Source of the DNA: Octopus sinensis
Taxonomy: Eukaryota
Length of the DNA stretch: 64,000 nucleotides
Assembly: GCF_006345805.1 (NCBI RefSeq)
Contig: NC_042997.1
Coordinates: forward strand, 4,712,001-4,776,000
Reading direction: 5' to 3'
Shown: piece after piece, positions 41,250 through 57,615 of the stretch
Numbering within the stretch: the first letter of the stretch is position 1
Layout: every line of letters starts with the position of its first letter
Position numbers and translations under genes: made by a program
The notes under the pieces: model-generated
What the model was told of the DNA's origin: nothing
The model's database searches: none
What the model saw: only the letters and a program-made list of their open reading frames with translations

Positions 41250-41690
41250 ATAACAAGTTTCTAAAAGAATAAAGATTTTGCATCATCTCCTCCAAAAAGT
41301 TCAAAGAAAAAAGAGAAAAGGCAATTTGGAGGAGATACAGATAGAATGTGCAGAGGTAGCAAAACAGAAAATTGCAGAAGAGGGAACAAATGAAAAATAA
41401 ACTGTTCAGAAAGGAAAGGAAGAAACAACGAGGAGCGGCAGTGAGGTGGACACACAAGTACCAGGAACATCGGGACAGAGAAGAGAAGGAAAGACGAAGC
41501 GAAAAGAGGACATTTGAGAAGGTTGGTGGAATTTAAGGAGAGTATAGTGATTTAAAAGAGGGTTACGAAGATGAGAAATGTCATAAGAGCTAAGATAACG
41601 GGACGTGAGGGAAATGAACATAGTGGAAGACACGGAATTTTGCCGTCTGTCTTTGTTCGTCCCTTCTTTGTAAGAGCTATATGCTTTTAA
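41250..41690 (+). mobile_element. 3' part of an ORF1-type element (unit 1)
   Basis: Purine-rich, low-complexity coding-like sequence ending in a 40-bp motif that is repeated at 43129-43168. Confidence 0.35.
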
Positions 41691-43176
41691 GGAACAAGGC
41701 ACGCCTTTTTCGTCTACGATACGGAGGTGTTCTCAGTTATTACCTGCGGTATGTAAGTTCGTTTCCTGTTCTATTATTGTGAATTTTGTTATATTTATAT
41801 TGAAGATTTTTTAGGGATTTGAATTGCTTTCCAGTAGAAAATAGTAATTTTCGTTCTATCGGGGTTTGAAGATTTGTGCAAATTATTTATTGAATTGTGA
41901 ATTTATGAAGAGAATTTCTGGAAATTATGTTAACCTACGACGCTATGGACACTCAATTAGACGTGAGCTATGCTACAGCAGCAGGAAGGGGAGCAAATGA
42001 CCATGCTCTACAAGTCAACGAAGTCAAGTTTGAGAAAAGAAGACTTAAAAAACCGAATAAGATAATTGCTAAAGAAGGAGGCACCATGAGACTGACCCCT
42101 CCAAAAAAAAGTTGTTTATAGAATACTGTCGAACAGCAGACAAATATCCAATTAGCAAGTATTGAAAAAATTGAGGAGTGCGTGAAAGAGATGATGCACC
42201 TTACCACGTACTACACCAGAGGCAAGAAATACGGCACTGTGGAGATACAGTTTGCGACCGAACAAGACGCACTAATGTACTCCACTGTGCCATTAAGGTC
42301 GGATGAGAGGGCACTGCTGCCGACCTATTGTGGGAAAAGAGCGGCCAGAATTAGGATATGCAGAGTACCTCAGAAATAGATGAAACATGGCTTGTGGTGG
42401 CCATACTCTTCAACACCGAGGAGGAAACCAATTTCTTCAATGTCACGAGGACAACGGAGGTGAACTAGTTTGGATACGACCTTGAGGTGACTGTCCAAAT
42501 CAGCGTCCCGGATCTGCATAAAATTGTGGATGAGATCTGTTACCGGAGGACGGCAAAAGATTATTTACGTTTTGACCGGTAGATTTAGAAAATAATTTTT
42601 GTAACTAAACACTTTCAAACTTCCTATATTGTTAGAATGTTTCATATAAAATATATTTTACTCTTAGCGTTTTTGAGAAAAGTTTATGCTTACGAAGTTA
42701 TTTCGTGTTAAAATTTCTCGTATTTCAGTAATTTCAACCAATCAGTGACGTGTATTCAGCGGAATCAAATTACTGCTGTTCTTTGTCAACAACAACTTCA
42801 GGGTGTGTATATTGAAAGAATTGTTCGGTGAGCAGATTGAATTGACACAGCAGTGGTTTCGATGTGACTAGTTGCCACCAGCGGTGTAATTCGAAGTCCT
42901 CGTGCAATACTTTGTCGATGAATATAAAAGTAAAATTTGCAAAATTGAAACGTGTTTAAAAAAAAAAGAAGTGCAATAAACTGTACACGAACATGAATTA
43001 CATAAAGAGATAAATGACGCTACTTGCGTATGTGGCTGAAGTAAGACATTTCATGGTTTTCATTTTATCGCTATATTCATATCCATTCGATTTTTGCGTT
43101 ATGTACCCCATTGTATTGTGTTGTCTCTCTTTGTTCGTCCTTTCTCTGTAAGAGCTGTATGCTCTTAATAAAGAAA
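41691..43176 (+). mobile_element. Tx1/L1-like ORF1 remnant (unit 2) with unrelated sequence inserted from about 42575
   Basis: ORFs 41927-42121 and 42182-42379 (YTRGKKYGTVEIQF...LLPTYCGKRAARIRICRVP) resemble the 20 kb element (LFLPSY.GRKLIRAWVCGLP). The unit ends in the 40-bp repeat and aataaa. Confidence 0.5.
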
Positions 43177-45189
43177 TATGGTAGCAAGGCCAAGCTACTC
43201 CAGACTGATAAAGGGCAACTACCCTGGAACTAGTCTCTGGATGCTGGCTATGTTTGCTGGGGGTACATATCTGTCCTGTTTGAAAACTTAAGGACACAGA
43301 ATTCTTTTACACGTACCCAACCTGAAACGGTGTTTCTTGGGGCTAAATAGCAGCAGCATTCTTTCCTTTCCTGGGACTACCTCTTTAAGTTGGCAACACA
43401 CCATCACTTTAACATGCTGCTACTGTATAACTGTCTTTGAGAGCTGGAGAAATGCAATATTTCTAAAAGTATTACAATTATTTGAGAGACGTTTGCTAGA
43501 TAGAAACTCTTTTAAAGTTAATAATACATAGGTGTGACGTAGTATTTCTATTATGGCGTTTAAGCATGTCAGTATTCTTATGTTTCTGAAACTTAGCTCT
43601 TCATTAAATGCAAATTGCTAAAATAATGTAATTTTCAAAATATGTACTGTTGTCGCTAAGTTAGGCCCTATGTTTAAAGGCTGTGCCTCAGCTACTAGCC
43701 GAAATCCAATAATCATGAAGATAAGAGCTTATATTCACCTAACAATATATTGTGTAAGCTATAATATTACATAACTTATAATACAGGATAACAGTGATAA
43801 TCAGTGATGTGTATGTATTAATACAAACTTGTTACCATTACAAATATGCTTCAGATATATTCGGACCCGTAAGCAAACCATTCACTGTAATTTGTCATGG
43901 AGAAAATTTCTCCCTGTAGATTAATAGATGTAAATACACAAAGTATTTCTTAGGTCCATTAACTAGAATGTAGAATGCATGTATTTCAGAGTGTTTATCT
44001 CATTTTCAGCAAGACACCTGAAAGGCAGACGATTCGCACTGACACGAAAGATAGGTCACTCTTATGATATTCCCGTCATCATTGAAATGACGGTTCTGCT
44101 ATTCAGTGACCCACCGTAAATAGAATACTTATTGACAATGCTAAGGAGTGATGTGTATAAATACAAACTTGTTGCCCGTTCAAATATTTACATGTATTTT
44201 TCTGCATTCAGAAATTAATTCCCTGATGAAATACAGTGAATGGCCTCCTCAGAGTTTCAACTGTTCCTGGAGCATATTTGAACTGGTAACATGTTTGTAA
44301 ATAAGGATTAATCATTTCTAATATGGTATATCATAGGCCTCCTTTCCAGAATTAGAAAATTACATACCAAGTCGGGAGAATAATAATAATCATGTATATT
44401 ATAAAAAAAAGTTCGATTCAGTAGATTACAATTATTAATTGCGGTAAATCATCCTGGTTAAGTTAGTGGCGATTAAAAAGTAGTTATCGATAGTTTTAAT
44501 TTCCGTAGCATTCTATTTCCTTAAACTTCACAGCCATCGTATTACCTCCAGTAAAATATTTTCCCTCTCCCTTCCTCTCTTACTTTCTCACTCTGTCTCC
44601 CCCTCTCTTATTCTCTTGAACACTATCTCCCCCTCTGTTACTCTCCCACTCCCATTTTCTGTCTGCTCATCTTCCTAAAACTACGCATTTAATCATTGAA
44701 TATAATTGCATTCTCTGCCTACTATCTTCTATCGCAACTGCATTCTCCTCCAGTAAATACGCTTCTATATCTCTATCCCCTTTTCTCCTTTATTGTTTCC
44801 TCCGCATCCAATTAAACATATCACAATGTAACATGCGAATACTAGCATAATAGCCTAGTACATCATAGAAACTATAGGCAATGTAAGAAATCACTTAAAA
44901 ATCACTAAGAGAAAATAGCACGTAATTCTTCTCTGTTACAGAATATAAACCCACTAGTGTGAAGTAAATGCATTAAAATGTTTTTAAAATTACCTCAACT
45001 GGGATTATCAATTAATTTTTTTCTCCCCAAAATGTATAATGTAATGTACAAACATTTGAATGCGATATGAATTCATGCAAATATTGAATACAGGTCTTAT
45101 AGATTAGATTAGAAGACACCTTTAAAAGCAAAGTAAAAAGACATATAAGCATATGTTTTAAGTAATGAATCCAGTTTTAAATCAGCGTC

Positions 45190-45330
45190 TTGACAAAAAC
45201 GATAGCACGCCGGGCAAACATTTTAGCGCTCTTTTCTCCCTCTTCAAATTCTGAATTCATATTTCCCTTTCATATTTTCATGATCGATAAATTGAGTAGT
45301 AGTGGAACACTGGTGTGGATGTAACCGATT
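45190..45330 (+). mobile_element. Degenerate SINE family 2 copy
   Basis: gatagcacgccgggcaaac...cctttcat...gatcgataaattgagta parallels the reverse complement of 59075-59200. Confidence 0.45.
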
Positions 45331-45550
45331 TCACTTCCTCAAAACTGCTGGTCTTAGCCCCAAATTTTAAATACATAAACAATGCAAGTGATATATAAGT
45401 GTTCGTTTGAAAATTCCCAGTGTAAACGAGGCTCCAGAATATATATTTGATATTACGACTATATGTGCAGTAACGCATTTAAAACTTCACACACACACAC
45501 GCATGTATGTACGAAAGAAGGTTTGAAAATGCAATTTAAAAGATGTTTAT

Positions 45551-45595
45551 TTACTTAACCGGTTTCACTCTTTGGTAAAAGATTGTCAAAAGTAA
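45551..45595 (-). ncRNA. Minimal hammerhead fold with U3:A8 core
   Basis: Minus strand: ttactt TTGACAA tcttttaccaaagagt GAAA CCGG TT aagtaa. Stem I is a perfect 6 bp, stem III is the palindrome ACCGGT, and stem II closes with a U-U mismatch. Confidence 0.5.
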
Positions 45596-46177
45596 CATTG
45601 AATATTATGGATTCAAAAAAGTTTTTACATAATTGCCACATTGAATATTATGAATTCAAAAAAGTTTTTTTTACATAATTGTCACATTACATGTATAAAT
45701 ATAGTGTTTGGTAACAGAGATATGTTAAGGGCATGAAGAAGTTCGATAGTGTGATGAGAATATTTGGAAAACATTGGCAGAAAAGAATAAAACAAATATA
45801 TAATTGGAAATTTGGTTGCGTTAATTATTGGTTGTCGCAAATTGTCACATTACATGTATATATATACAGTATTTGGTAGAAAGGACATGGTAAAGAATAA
45901 GGAAGTGCAATAGTATGGTGAGAAAATTTGTAATATTGACAGAAAAAATTAAAATGGGTAGTTTATACATCTCAGAATATTTTGAATTGAAGGCGAGAGT
46001 TTGTTTTTACTGACCTGTTCGCTTCAGCAGAAATGTTGAATTGAGAGAAAAAAATGTGTACCCAGTTTTGTTCTGTTTATGGCTCGCCCTTAACATATAT
46101 CTGTTACCAAACACTATATTTATACATGTAATGTGACAATTATGTAAAAAACTTTTTTGAGTCCATAATATTCAATG

Positions 46178-46222
46178 TTACTTTTGACAATCTTTTACCA
46201 AAGAGTGAACCCGGTTAAGTAA
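46178..46222 (+). ncRNA. Inverted copy of the U3:A8 hammerhead fold (GAAA changed to GAAC)
   Basis: ttactt TTGACAA tcttttaccaaagagt GAAC CCGG TT aagtaa. Confidence 0.4.
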
Positions 46223-46256
46223 ATAAACATCTTTTAAATTGCATTTTCAAACCTTC

Positions 46257-46260
<4 letters not shown>

Positions 46261-46330
<70 letters not shown>

Positions 46331-46350
46331 GTATATATATAGATATATAG

Positions 46351-46392
<42 letters not shown>

Positions 46393-46412
46393 TATTATTA
46401 TTATTATTATTA
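46261..46412. repeat. (TA)n-(TTA)n
   Basis: Seen directly. Confidence 0.95.
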
Positions 46413-47230
46413 TAAATTTGGGTATCTACGACATACCACCATGATCTGACTCTAAAACCACCTTCATTATCCATATATCAATACGGAAAGAAATCAAAGA
46501 GAAAAGATGAAACTAGTAAAAAATTAATGGATAATTCTAGGTCCCGGATTTCTGAATTTGCATTTAGTAATGCTCTTCCTCATCAGTAGAATACACACAG
46601 AAGAGAATATATATATATGTACTTTGCATGTGTACATAAATATACGTGGTCTCACGTAAATATATTATGTAAGCAGCATACGCTTATTTTCGCTGAATGA
46701 ATGCCAATAATTTTTGTAGACTCTACTTGCAAAGCAACTTTTATTAAAAGCTAGATTCGAATAAGCGTAAATTACAGATTACGTCAGAATACTATAATTT
46801 GTATGATGAGCACAATCAATTGGTTTTAAAATGTTGCTTTGACCCGAGCTAATAATTGAAATAAAATTTACTTATAATTCTTTTACCATTCAATAATTTT
46901 TAACATAATTTTGACCAATACGTCTCAAACCAGACTCATAATTATACAAATAAATTAGAACACGGCAGAGATTATAAAAAAAATCTCATTTGAATAGCTC
47001 TGTCATTTCTTCTCATTACAAAGACAGCATAAGAACAATATGAATGAGACTATTTCCTTCTCCAGTAAACAAGTATTTCTTTCTTCACGGTCATCTCTTT
47101 GCGTTTCCGCCACTGTCATGAATTACATCTCTCTGAGCAATCTCTCCAGGCATTTGTTTAGTAATGTCTATCAATTTCTATGTCTTATATTTCGATTTAT
47201 TTCGAGGGGTTCTTGCAAATTTTTTTTATA

Positions 47231-47388
47231 ATAGGCGCGAGAGTGGCTCTATGGTAAGTAGTTTGCTTACCAACCACCTGGTCCCGGGTTCAGTCCCACT
47301 GCGTGACTGATGTGTCTTCTACTATAGCCCCGGGGAAACCAAACCCTTGTGAGTGGATTTGGTAGACGGAAACTGAAAGAAGTACGTC

Positions 47389-47428
<40 letters not shown>

Positions 47429-47835
47429 TATATATAATATATATATATTTAAATAATGAGGGAGATAAATTAATATTACTTTTAATATCAATTTAAAACC
47501 AGTAGTCTAGCATACAAAAAATCTGAGAAGTCAGAGAAAATTCTAATATATGTGTATATTGGCAGGGCTTGACTGCTAGGAAGTCGGCCGTATGCTAGAA
47601 ATTGATCATCAACGATCAAACTACAAAGGAATTCTCTAGAGGAAAAATTCAGCGAACACCAGAACTAAATTTGGCGGGCAGGACAGATGAAAATATAAAT
47701 TTTCATCTGTCCTCCCCGCCAAATTTGGTTCTGGTGTTCGCTGAATTTTTCCTCTAGAGAATTCCTTTGTAGTTTGATCGTTGATGATCTGTTTCTAGCA
47801 TACGGCCGAGTTCCTAGCAGTCAAGCCCTGCCAAT

Positions 47836-47888
<53 letters not shown>

Positions 47889-48119
47889 TATATATGTATG
47901 TGTGTGTGTGTGTCTGTGTTTGTCCCCCCAATATCGCTTGACACCTATGCTGGTGTGTTTACGTCCCCGTAACCTAGCGGTTCGGCAAAGGAAACCGATA
48001 GAATAATACTAGGCTTTTAAAGAATAGATCCTGGTGTCGATTGCTCGACTAAAGGCGGTGCTCCAGCATGGCCGCGCATTCAAATAACTGAAACAATTAA
48101 AAGAGAGAAAGGAGAGTAT
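47231..48119 (+). mobile_element. SINE family 1 copy split by insertions in its internal (TA)n
   Basis: The 5' half (47231-47390) and 3' half (about 47900-48119) match 31886-32359. Confidence 0.85.
47558..47835. repeat. 278-bp fold-back palindrome (137-bp arms, 4-nt loop)
   Basis: Arms 47558-47694 and 47699-47835 differ at 5 positions by my alignment, with no indels. The loop is ataa. Confidence 0.95.
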
Positions 48120-49760
48120 AAGCAGCGGCTTATAGCTTTGTACACCTTAAAATTTGATATTTTAAAGATATCTGTGCTTACATTTTTTAAGTCATCCATT
48201 CGCTTTACACATTTTGATGCATATCTTTAAATATTTCTAGTGCGTTTAAAAATTTTTCATTCATTACTCTTCTATATTCTGAATTTTTTCATTCATTTAT
48301 CTTCTGTACTTAGGGAAACGATTATTTTATGAATCGATAGTTAAAACGAAGTAAGGTGAATTAACAATCAGAAATGTCTTCAGACAGAAAGAATCTATGA
48401 GAGGCACTTAAACTTAATGCACTCATTTCTTCTGATAATGATTAAAACTATCTCAATAACTGGAGCTGTTAAGGGCCCTAGTTATGGGCTAAATAGCAAA
48501 TTGCTCTGTGGCCTATGCATACGGAACGTGATTAATTTTGAGTTCCAGGACATGGGTTACGCATTCCCGCATGTTGCAGAGCATCCAACGGTGCCAAGTG
48601 AAAGAATTTCCTCACCTAAAAGACTAAGCGGGCATGTTCATTAACGACGAGCTTCGGAGACTGGCTGATTAAAGTGTGAATGAGAAATAAAAGACATCGT
48701 AGGGGCGATGCATAACTTGCGGGCAATTAAATATTTTCGGAAATTATAGTGAGGGTTACAATGCGTTTCTTACCATGCTTTTTAATTGAACGGAATTCGT
48801 TTCTTTTTGTTTTTAAGTATCACTGTTATAGGTATTTATACACCGTGAAATTACGAAGTCAACTCGTAAATCAATGAAACATTCGAATCCATCCCTGTAC
48901 ACACACAAACACACACATACACACATACACATACACTGACATACACACACACTGTCACATATATGTATTTCTATATGTATGAATGGAACCACACATGTCT
49001 ACGCGCATAGGTACAACATGATCTATACACACGAAATCGAGGGGTGATTCATAAGAAAAATGTCAAGAAAATCAAATACATATAGAAAATATCGCATAGG
49101 TTTTGTGAAGTACTTCAACAGTATAGGTATTCATACTCTGGTGAGATCAAATCAACTCACAAACAAACGAAACCCTCGGATCCATTACTAAACCTACTCA
49201 CACACACACACACACACATACACACATACACAAATACAAATACACACACACACGCACGCACGCACATACACACTCATACACAGAGTTGCATAACAATGTA
49301 TCTATGTACGTTGTTTGTAGATAATCAAACCGAATATTCATCATTTTGAGGCACTCACCCAATGAGTATTTCTCCTAAATTTGGTGAAAATCCAGTGGTT
49401 GGCAAAAACAGACAAACAGACAACGACCAGTGATTACAATACCCTAATTTTGTTTACGGGCGAAAGGTAATATATCTGAAGAATTTATTGTTAGGAGTAA
49501 GCACGTGGATGCAGAGTTCAATTTGTCGCAATACTGGAAGTCAGTCTCTGCTCCATATCTGAGTTTTGCCGGTGCAATTTTGTTATTTGCCTGTTATGAT
49601 ATCATTTTTTTTGGTAGTGATGGTGGGGGAAGTAAAACAGGTTACGCGTTCTGTTCCACTTTCTTGGAATTTAGTGAGTTATATTTTATTAGTCTAGTCC
49701 TCAAGACTCAAATAACAATTCACGTTACAGTTACAAAAAATGCTACGCGGATGCGGTAAA

Positions 49761-50420
49761 ATGGCTACTTCTTTTCAGCAAATAAAAACGCTTCTCGAAC
49801 GTCGACAGAAACAATTTCAGGCAGCACAGTTTAAGTCTTTTGAATTACTAACTCAAAATAATCTATCAACTGAATTGGTGACAAATATCCAGCACTTTCA
49901 AATTCCATTACAGACATTACATTTGATACATTTGCTGATATCACATTTGATTCATGGTTCGCACCTTTCAAAGATGATTTTCGAGTAAAATTTTTGAATC
50001 GTGACGTGCATGCGAAGGTCAGATTACTATTAACTAAGCTCGAATCTAATGAACGCATGAAATATATCAAATGTATTCTACAGAAGAATTCTCGATACAT
50101 CAATTTCAATGGGACAGTTGAAATACCTTAAAAAGATTTTTACTGCAGACTCAATTTAGTTTCACATTGGATGCAATTGTTTTAGAATAACCAAGTCCAA
50201 TAAGGAGGATTTTGTCAGCTATGCCGGTGAAGTAAATCGCAAATACGAACACTTCAATTTGAATTGATTGAATCATATTCCGTTTAAGTCCTACGTTTGT
50301 TACTGGTTTACAAGCATCGTCGGATTCAGATAATACTTCTAAACTCTTAGCACAACCAACTAAAGTTATGAAAAAACTGAGCGTACAACAGTGAGTGATG
50401 CATACCAACTGTTTAATATC
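49761..50420 (+). pseudogene. Gypsy-type LTR retrotransposon gag remnant
   Basis: Across frames: SNSITDITFDTFADITFDSWFAPFKDDFRVKFLNRDVHAKVRLLLTKLESNERMKYIKCILQKNSRYINFNGTVEILKKIF...FVTGLQASSDSD, matching the K02A2.6-like Gypsy gag pattern. No LTRs were identified. Confidence 0.75.
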
Positions 50421-50431
50421 AGTAAATCAAG

Positions 50432-50496
<65 letters not shown>

Positions 50497-51006
50497 TCAT
50501 ATATAAACCAAAACAAATTGATTCAAAGTCGTTGGTACTAGTCATCAACTGTTTTCAATTTGAATGAAGTTGATTGTTATTAGCTTAACGTGGGCTGCAA
50601 TTGATCGAGGAAGGTAACGCGGTGTCGTGGTTAGATGTAGGTTAATGGGTAACAATTAGTTGGAAAATACCGAATGGTGAACATGAAATTGATCACGTGC
50701 AGGAGAGGAAAACGACCATGCGGTGGATAGGAAATCGTTTAGGTTATTGGGGTGAAGTAGGAAGGGGTGGCATGTCCAGGTACTAGTTCTATATATGGGT
50801 GTGTAGACGTGCTCATATAAATTTGCGTGCATATGTGTACTGATGCGAGTTTGTGCATTTGTACATGTGCGTGGACGCGCACGTCTGCACATTGACGCAT
50901 ATAGGCTTGGATGAACATGCAGGCACATGCAGGCACATGCAGGCATTAAAATGCGCATACGCACACATGCACAAACTCAACTGTATTCATTAGTTTGTAT
51001 ATATAT

Positions 51007-51038
<32 letters not shown>

Positions 51039-51202
51039 CACATGTATATTCGCATGAATATACACGTGCAAAATAAGCGTTGTCGATTGATAAGCGAATA
51101 ATTACTAGGCTTATGTGGCACCTTGGACATGTGCATTCTCCTATAGCCGCAGGCCGACGAAAGGGAGTGTATTTGCTATATGGAAAGAGAAAGAAGCCCG
51201 TC

Positions 51203-51279
<77 letters not shown>

Positions 51280-51500
51280 TTAGTTAATTGAAGAAATGGA
51301 GTTGAACGAAGATTGAACAGAAATCGTTTTATTGCATTCTACAAGTATAATATTAAAATTCAATTATCCGGACCAACGCACGGTTGCAACACCATATGGT
51401 TGTACCTCCAACCGTGCTGTCTTCTGCTGTGATTTTTGCTACCAAGGTACCGGTTAAACTTTTGACTAATCTGCAACAAGAATATTCATCTTTCTATTTC

Positions 51501-51543
<43 letters not shown>

Positions 51544-51577
51544 CGACGGCTTCTATCATTTTATATATATATATATT

Positions 51578-54460
<2,883 letters not shown>

Positions 54461-55699
54461 TATGTATATATAGGAGTGTATATATTTCTGTGTCTGTTTA
54501 TATCCCCAACATTGGTTGACAACGGATGCTGGTTTGTTTCTCGCCCCATAATTTAGCATTTAGCAAAATATACCAATAGAATGATTACTCGGCTTACAAA
54601 GAATAATTCACGGGGTCGATTTTCTCGACAAAACGCGTTGCTCTGGCATAGCCGCAGTCACATTACTGAAACAAATAAAAGAATAAAAAGATATTGCAAG
54701 GTCAAAAAAAGTGTGTTATTCTTATACTTAGAGAAATAAATACGTGTTTTATATCGCACCTACCATTCCTTGGGAACTTACCATTATGCCAAGTTACAAT
54801 TCATATTCCCCTTCTTGAAATTGATTCTGCAAAACAAAGCAATATTGATTATGAACCTTAATTAATTGAGAAATGTTTTAATCATACAAGTGACACATTC
54901 GTTCTTTAAATTAATATATAAATATTAAAAACAACCGTGACACGCTTTTAAGCAATTTCGAATATCCATTTGATTAAGAAAGAAGCTAATGCCAACTTGT
55001 CATTTTTCTCACGAAGATGTCCATAATTTCAAATTGTTTTGTAGTATTTCGACAAATTATTAAAAACTGACATGATGAAATTAGTGGCAAATAAGAAACA
55101 AACACAAAAGCAAACATAAATTAGCAAACTGAAATAAACAAATGTCATGGAAAGATGTTTATACTGGTGGTAATGGCGAAGGTGACACAGATGAAGAGGG
55201 TTATGCTGCCTGTTATGAGAATGATAGAATTAGCGTTGATAAATGAAGAATAGCATATAACACATTAATTTTATATAGAGAGAAAAACGTAAACAGAATA
55301 CAATATGAATATAATATTAATCATTCAAATAACGGTAAAATAATCTAATGAGACTGAGGTAGTTGGAAACGATACCTTCCACGCAGACGGAAGGGAAATG
55401 TATCCAGGACTCTATGGCATGAGAATACCTTTAATGCTACACAAATGAATTTGCGTTGTTTCGACTTACGACGTCTAATCAAGGAGAAGAGCACCAAACA
55501 TACAGTAATATATAACACAAAATGTTGCATGAGCTAAGCGTAATGGTAGGTTGAGAGGTGATTGAGCTGGACTAGTAAGACTAGTCCTTTACTTTAGCAA
55601 CGCCCGTAGAACCTAAGGCAAATTCGATCTTAGTAAAATATGAACCTATAGTGTAAAGAGCTTAAAAATGTATTGATAAAGACCTTGTCCAGTGTGCTG

Positions 55700-55990
55700 A
55701 AGAAGTAGAAGGAGCGGGAGATGGGAAGCGAAGAAAGGAAGGAGCGGTGGTGGAGGAGACGGAGGAAGAACAAGTGGACAACGACGACGTGGGGTGAGAA
55801 GGAGGGCAGGAATACGGATCAGGTTGGAGGAGAAGGAGGAGGAAGATTATGACGACGACGGTAGTGACGAGGACAAGGGAGAGGGGCACTAGGCGGATTG
55901 GAAGAACAAGAACAAGAAGGAGGAAGAGAAGGACAGCAACAATAATAACAACAGCAACAACAACATCATTAACAACGACAACTACAAGAA
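55700..55990. repeat. Low-complexity (GGA)/(GAC)/(AAC) tract
   Basis: Seen directly. Confidence 0.85.
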
Positions 55991-57447
55991 AAAATGGCAA
56001 TAAGACTATACCTGTTGGAAGAGGGCACACTTGATACTAGTTCGTTAAAACTTCTATTTATACATGGATTTTTATACTGATGGTAATATTTCTGCCGCCT
56101 ATAGGCAGAAGGCCTGGAATTTCATTATCTCCAATGCTCCATATTTTATGGACTCTCAAAGGATCAAAAGGAGAGGCGACTCTGGTGGCATTTGTACTTA
56201 GGAAGTAAAGCCGAAAGAAATGCCTCTAAGGATTTCATCCGGAACGGTAACCGATCTACCACCTCGCAGCCTTACTGACATTAATGACTAGAGGTAAAGG
56301 TATTCGGTTATTTCTGAAAAATGTACCCATAAAGCCTGAAAGCTAAGCCTGTGTTGTGTCTGTATGGAATGCTAGTCGCTTATCAACTGCTTACTGAATA
56401 GTGAAAGAAATTGGAATACGATGATTGCTTAATGCATTTTATATATACACTATATATTTATACACAATTTTATATATTTGATACACAGTACACGTAAAAT
56501 AACTATTCACACTTATTTTCCCAATAACCGAAAAAAAAAACAATCCCGTACATATGATACAACCTTTCATTAAATTGCATATATCTGCCACGTAAAAAAG
56601 CGGGAATATTTCACGAATACTTCACGAAATATTTCATGCGTTAAATGATAGGTTTTATAAAATGAAAGTAGCTCAATTTTTAAAAAATAAACATTTCATT
56701 ATCCAATCACCACCATATCTTCCTCCATTATCACCTCCTCCACCACCATCATTATCATCTCTCTTTCTCCCCCACTTCTCTCTTCTTCTCCTCTCTCTCC
56801 CTCTCTCTGTCTCTGCCTTTCTTTAGCCTCAGCTTCAAAACATTGCTCTTCTGTTAAACGTCTATTTTTAACTGTCTTCCTCTATATCACCACTAACTTC
56901 AACTAACTTTTTTAACCACATAATAAGTATTACGTTCTTCCTACCTCACATCATGGACACATATCTTTCCTTTTTCTCTTTCTCTGCTTTATCTCTCCCC
57001 ATCTTTACTTTCTTCCTCTTTTTCTCTAATCATGTGAAAGCGTTACCGACTGGCTGAATAACGGAATGACAAGCATAAATATTATAAGATGCTGATTTCG
57101 GGAGAAATCCAGCGACTCATGGGATTTGTATTAATAATGAAGGCATGGATGAAAAAACAACTGCTACAGATAACAAAGTGTACTTAAATACTAATACATG
57201 TAAATCGTACCATATATAGATAAATAATAGAACAAGCTAAATTATTAGAGTTACTTTCCATATCATATATGCACGTCAAAAATGAAAAAGGTGAAATAAT
57301 AACGAACACAAAATTTTGAGAATAATAAACGTAGTAAAGCTGTAGATCAATATAACTATAGAAATTGCCTCTAAATATCGACTTTATGTTAGTAATTAAA
57401 AGCATAATTATTTTTACTTTTGGGTGTGTGGATTTTGGTAGCGATGC

Positions 57448-57615
57448 ATGCACACGTGTTGCTCTGACGCCACCCAGTCATTGGACTACAGCATGACAGG
57501 TTATGAAGAGGCAATGGTACAGGTCAACAGATCCAACGATGCTCCTTACATTGATGACGGGAGGAGGGATCCTACAAGATCAACGATCAGGATCACCACC
57601 CTATTTCAAGTTTGA
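57448..57615 (+). other. Unidentified coding-like segment (55 aa), paralogous to 57721-57909
   Basis: MHTCCSDATQSLDYSMTGYEEAMVQVNRSNDAPYIDDGRRDPTRSTIRITTLFQV*. Confidence 0.5.

Larger units (their letters stand above)
45513..46260. mobile_element. Element with about 175-bp inverted arms (tail-to-tail PLE-type ends)
   Basis: 45513-45731 is the reverse complement of 46087-46260, and the left arm has an extra duplication of about 42 bp. It abuts (TA)n, and each arm holds a hammerhead-like fold. Confidence 0.7.

Noticed and set aside
48417-48700. GC-richer island with short ORFs
   Set aside because: I found no recognisable motif, repeat partner or consistent exon structure.
55567-55585. ggactagt-aag-actagtcc hairpin
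   Set aside because: An isolated 8-bp stem is expected by chance in 64 kb, and there is no associated element terminus.
55662-56034. Overlapping ORFs rich in V/L/S or T/R
   Set aside because: They arise from low-complexity trinucleotide repeats.
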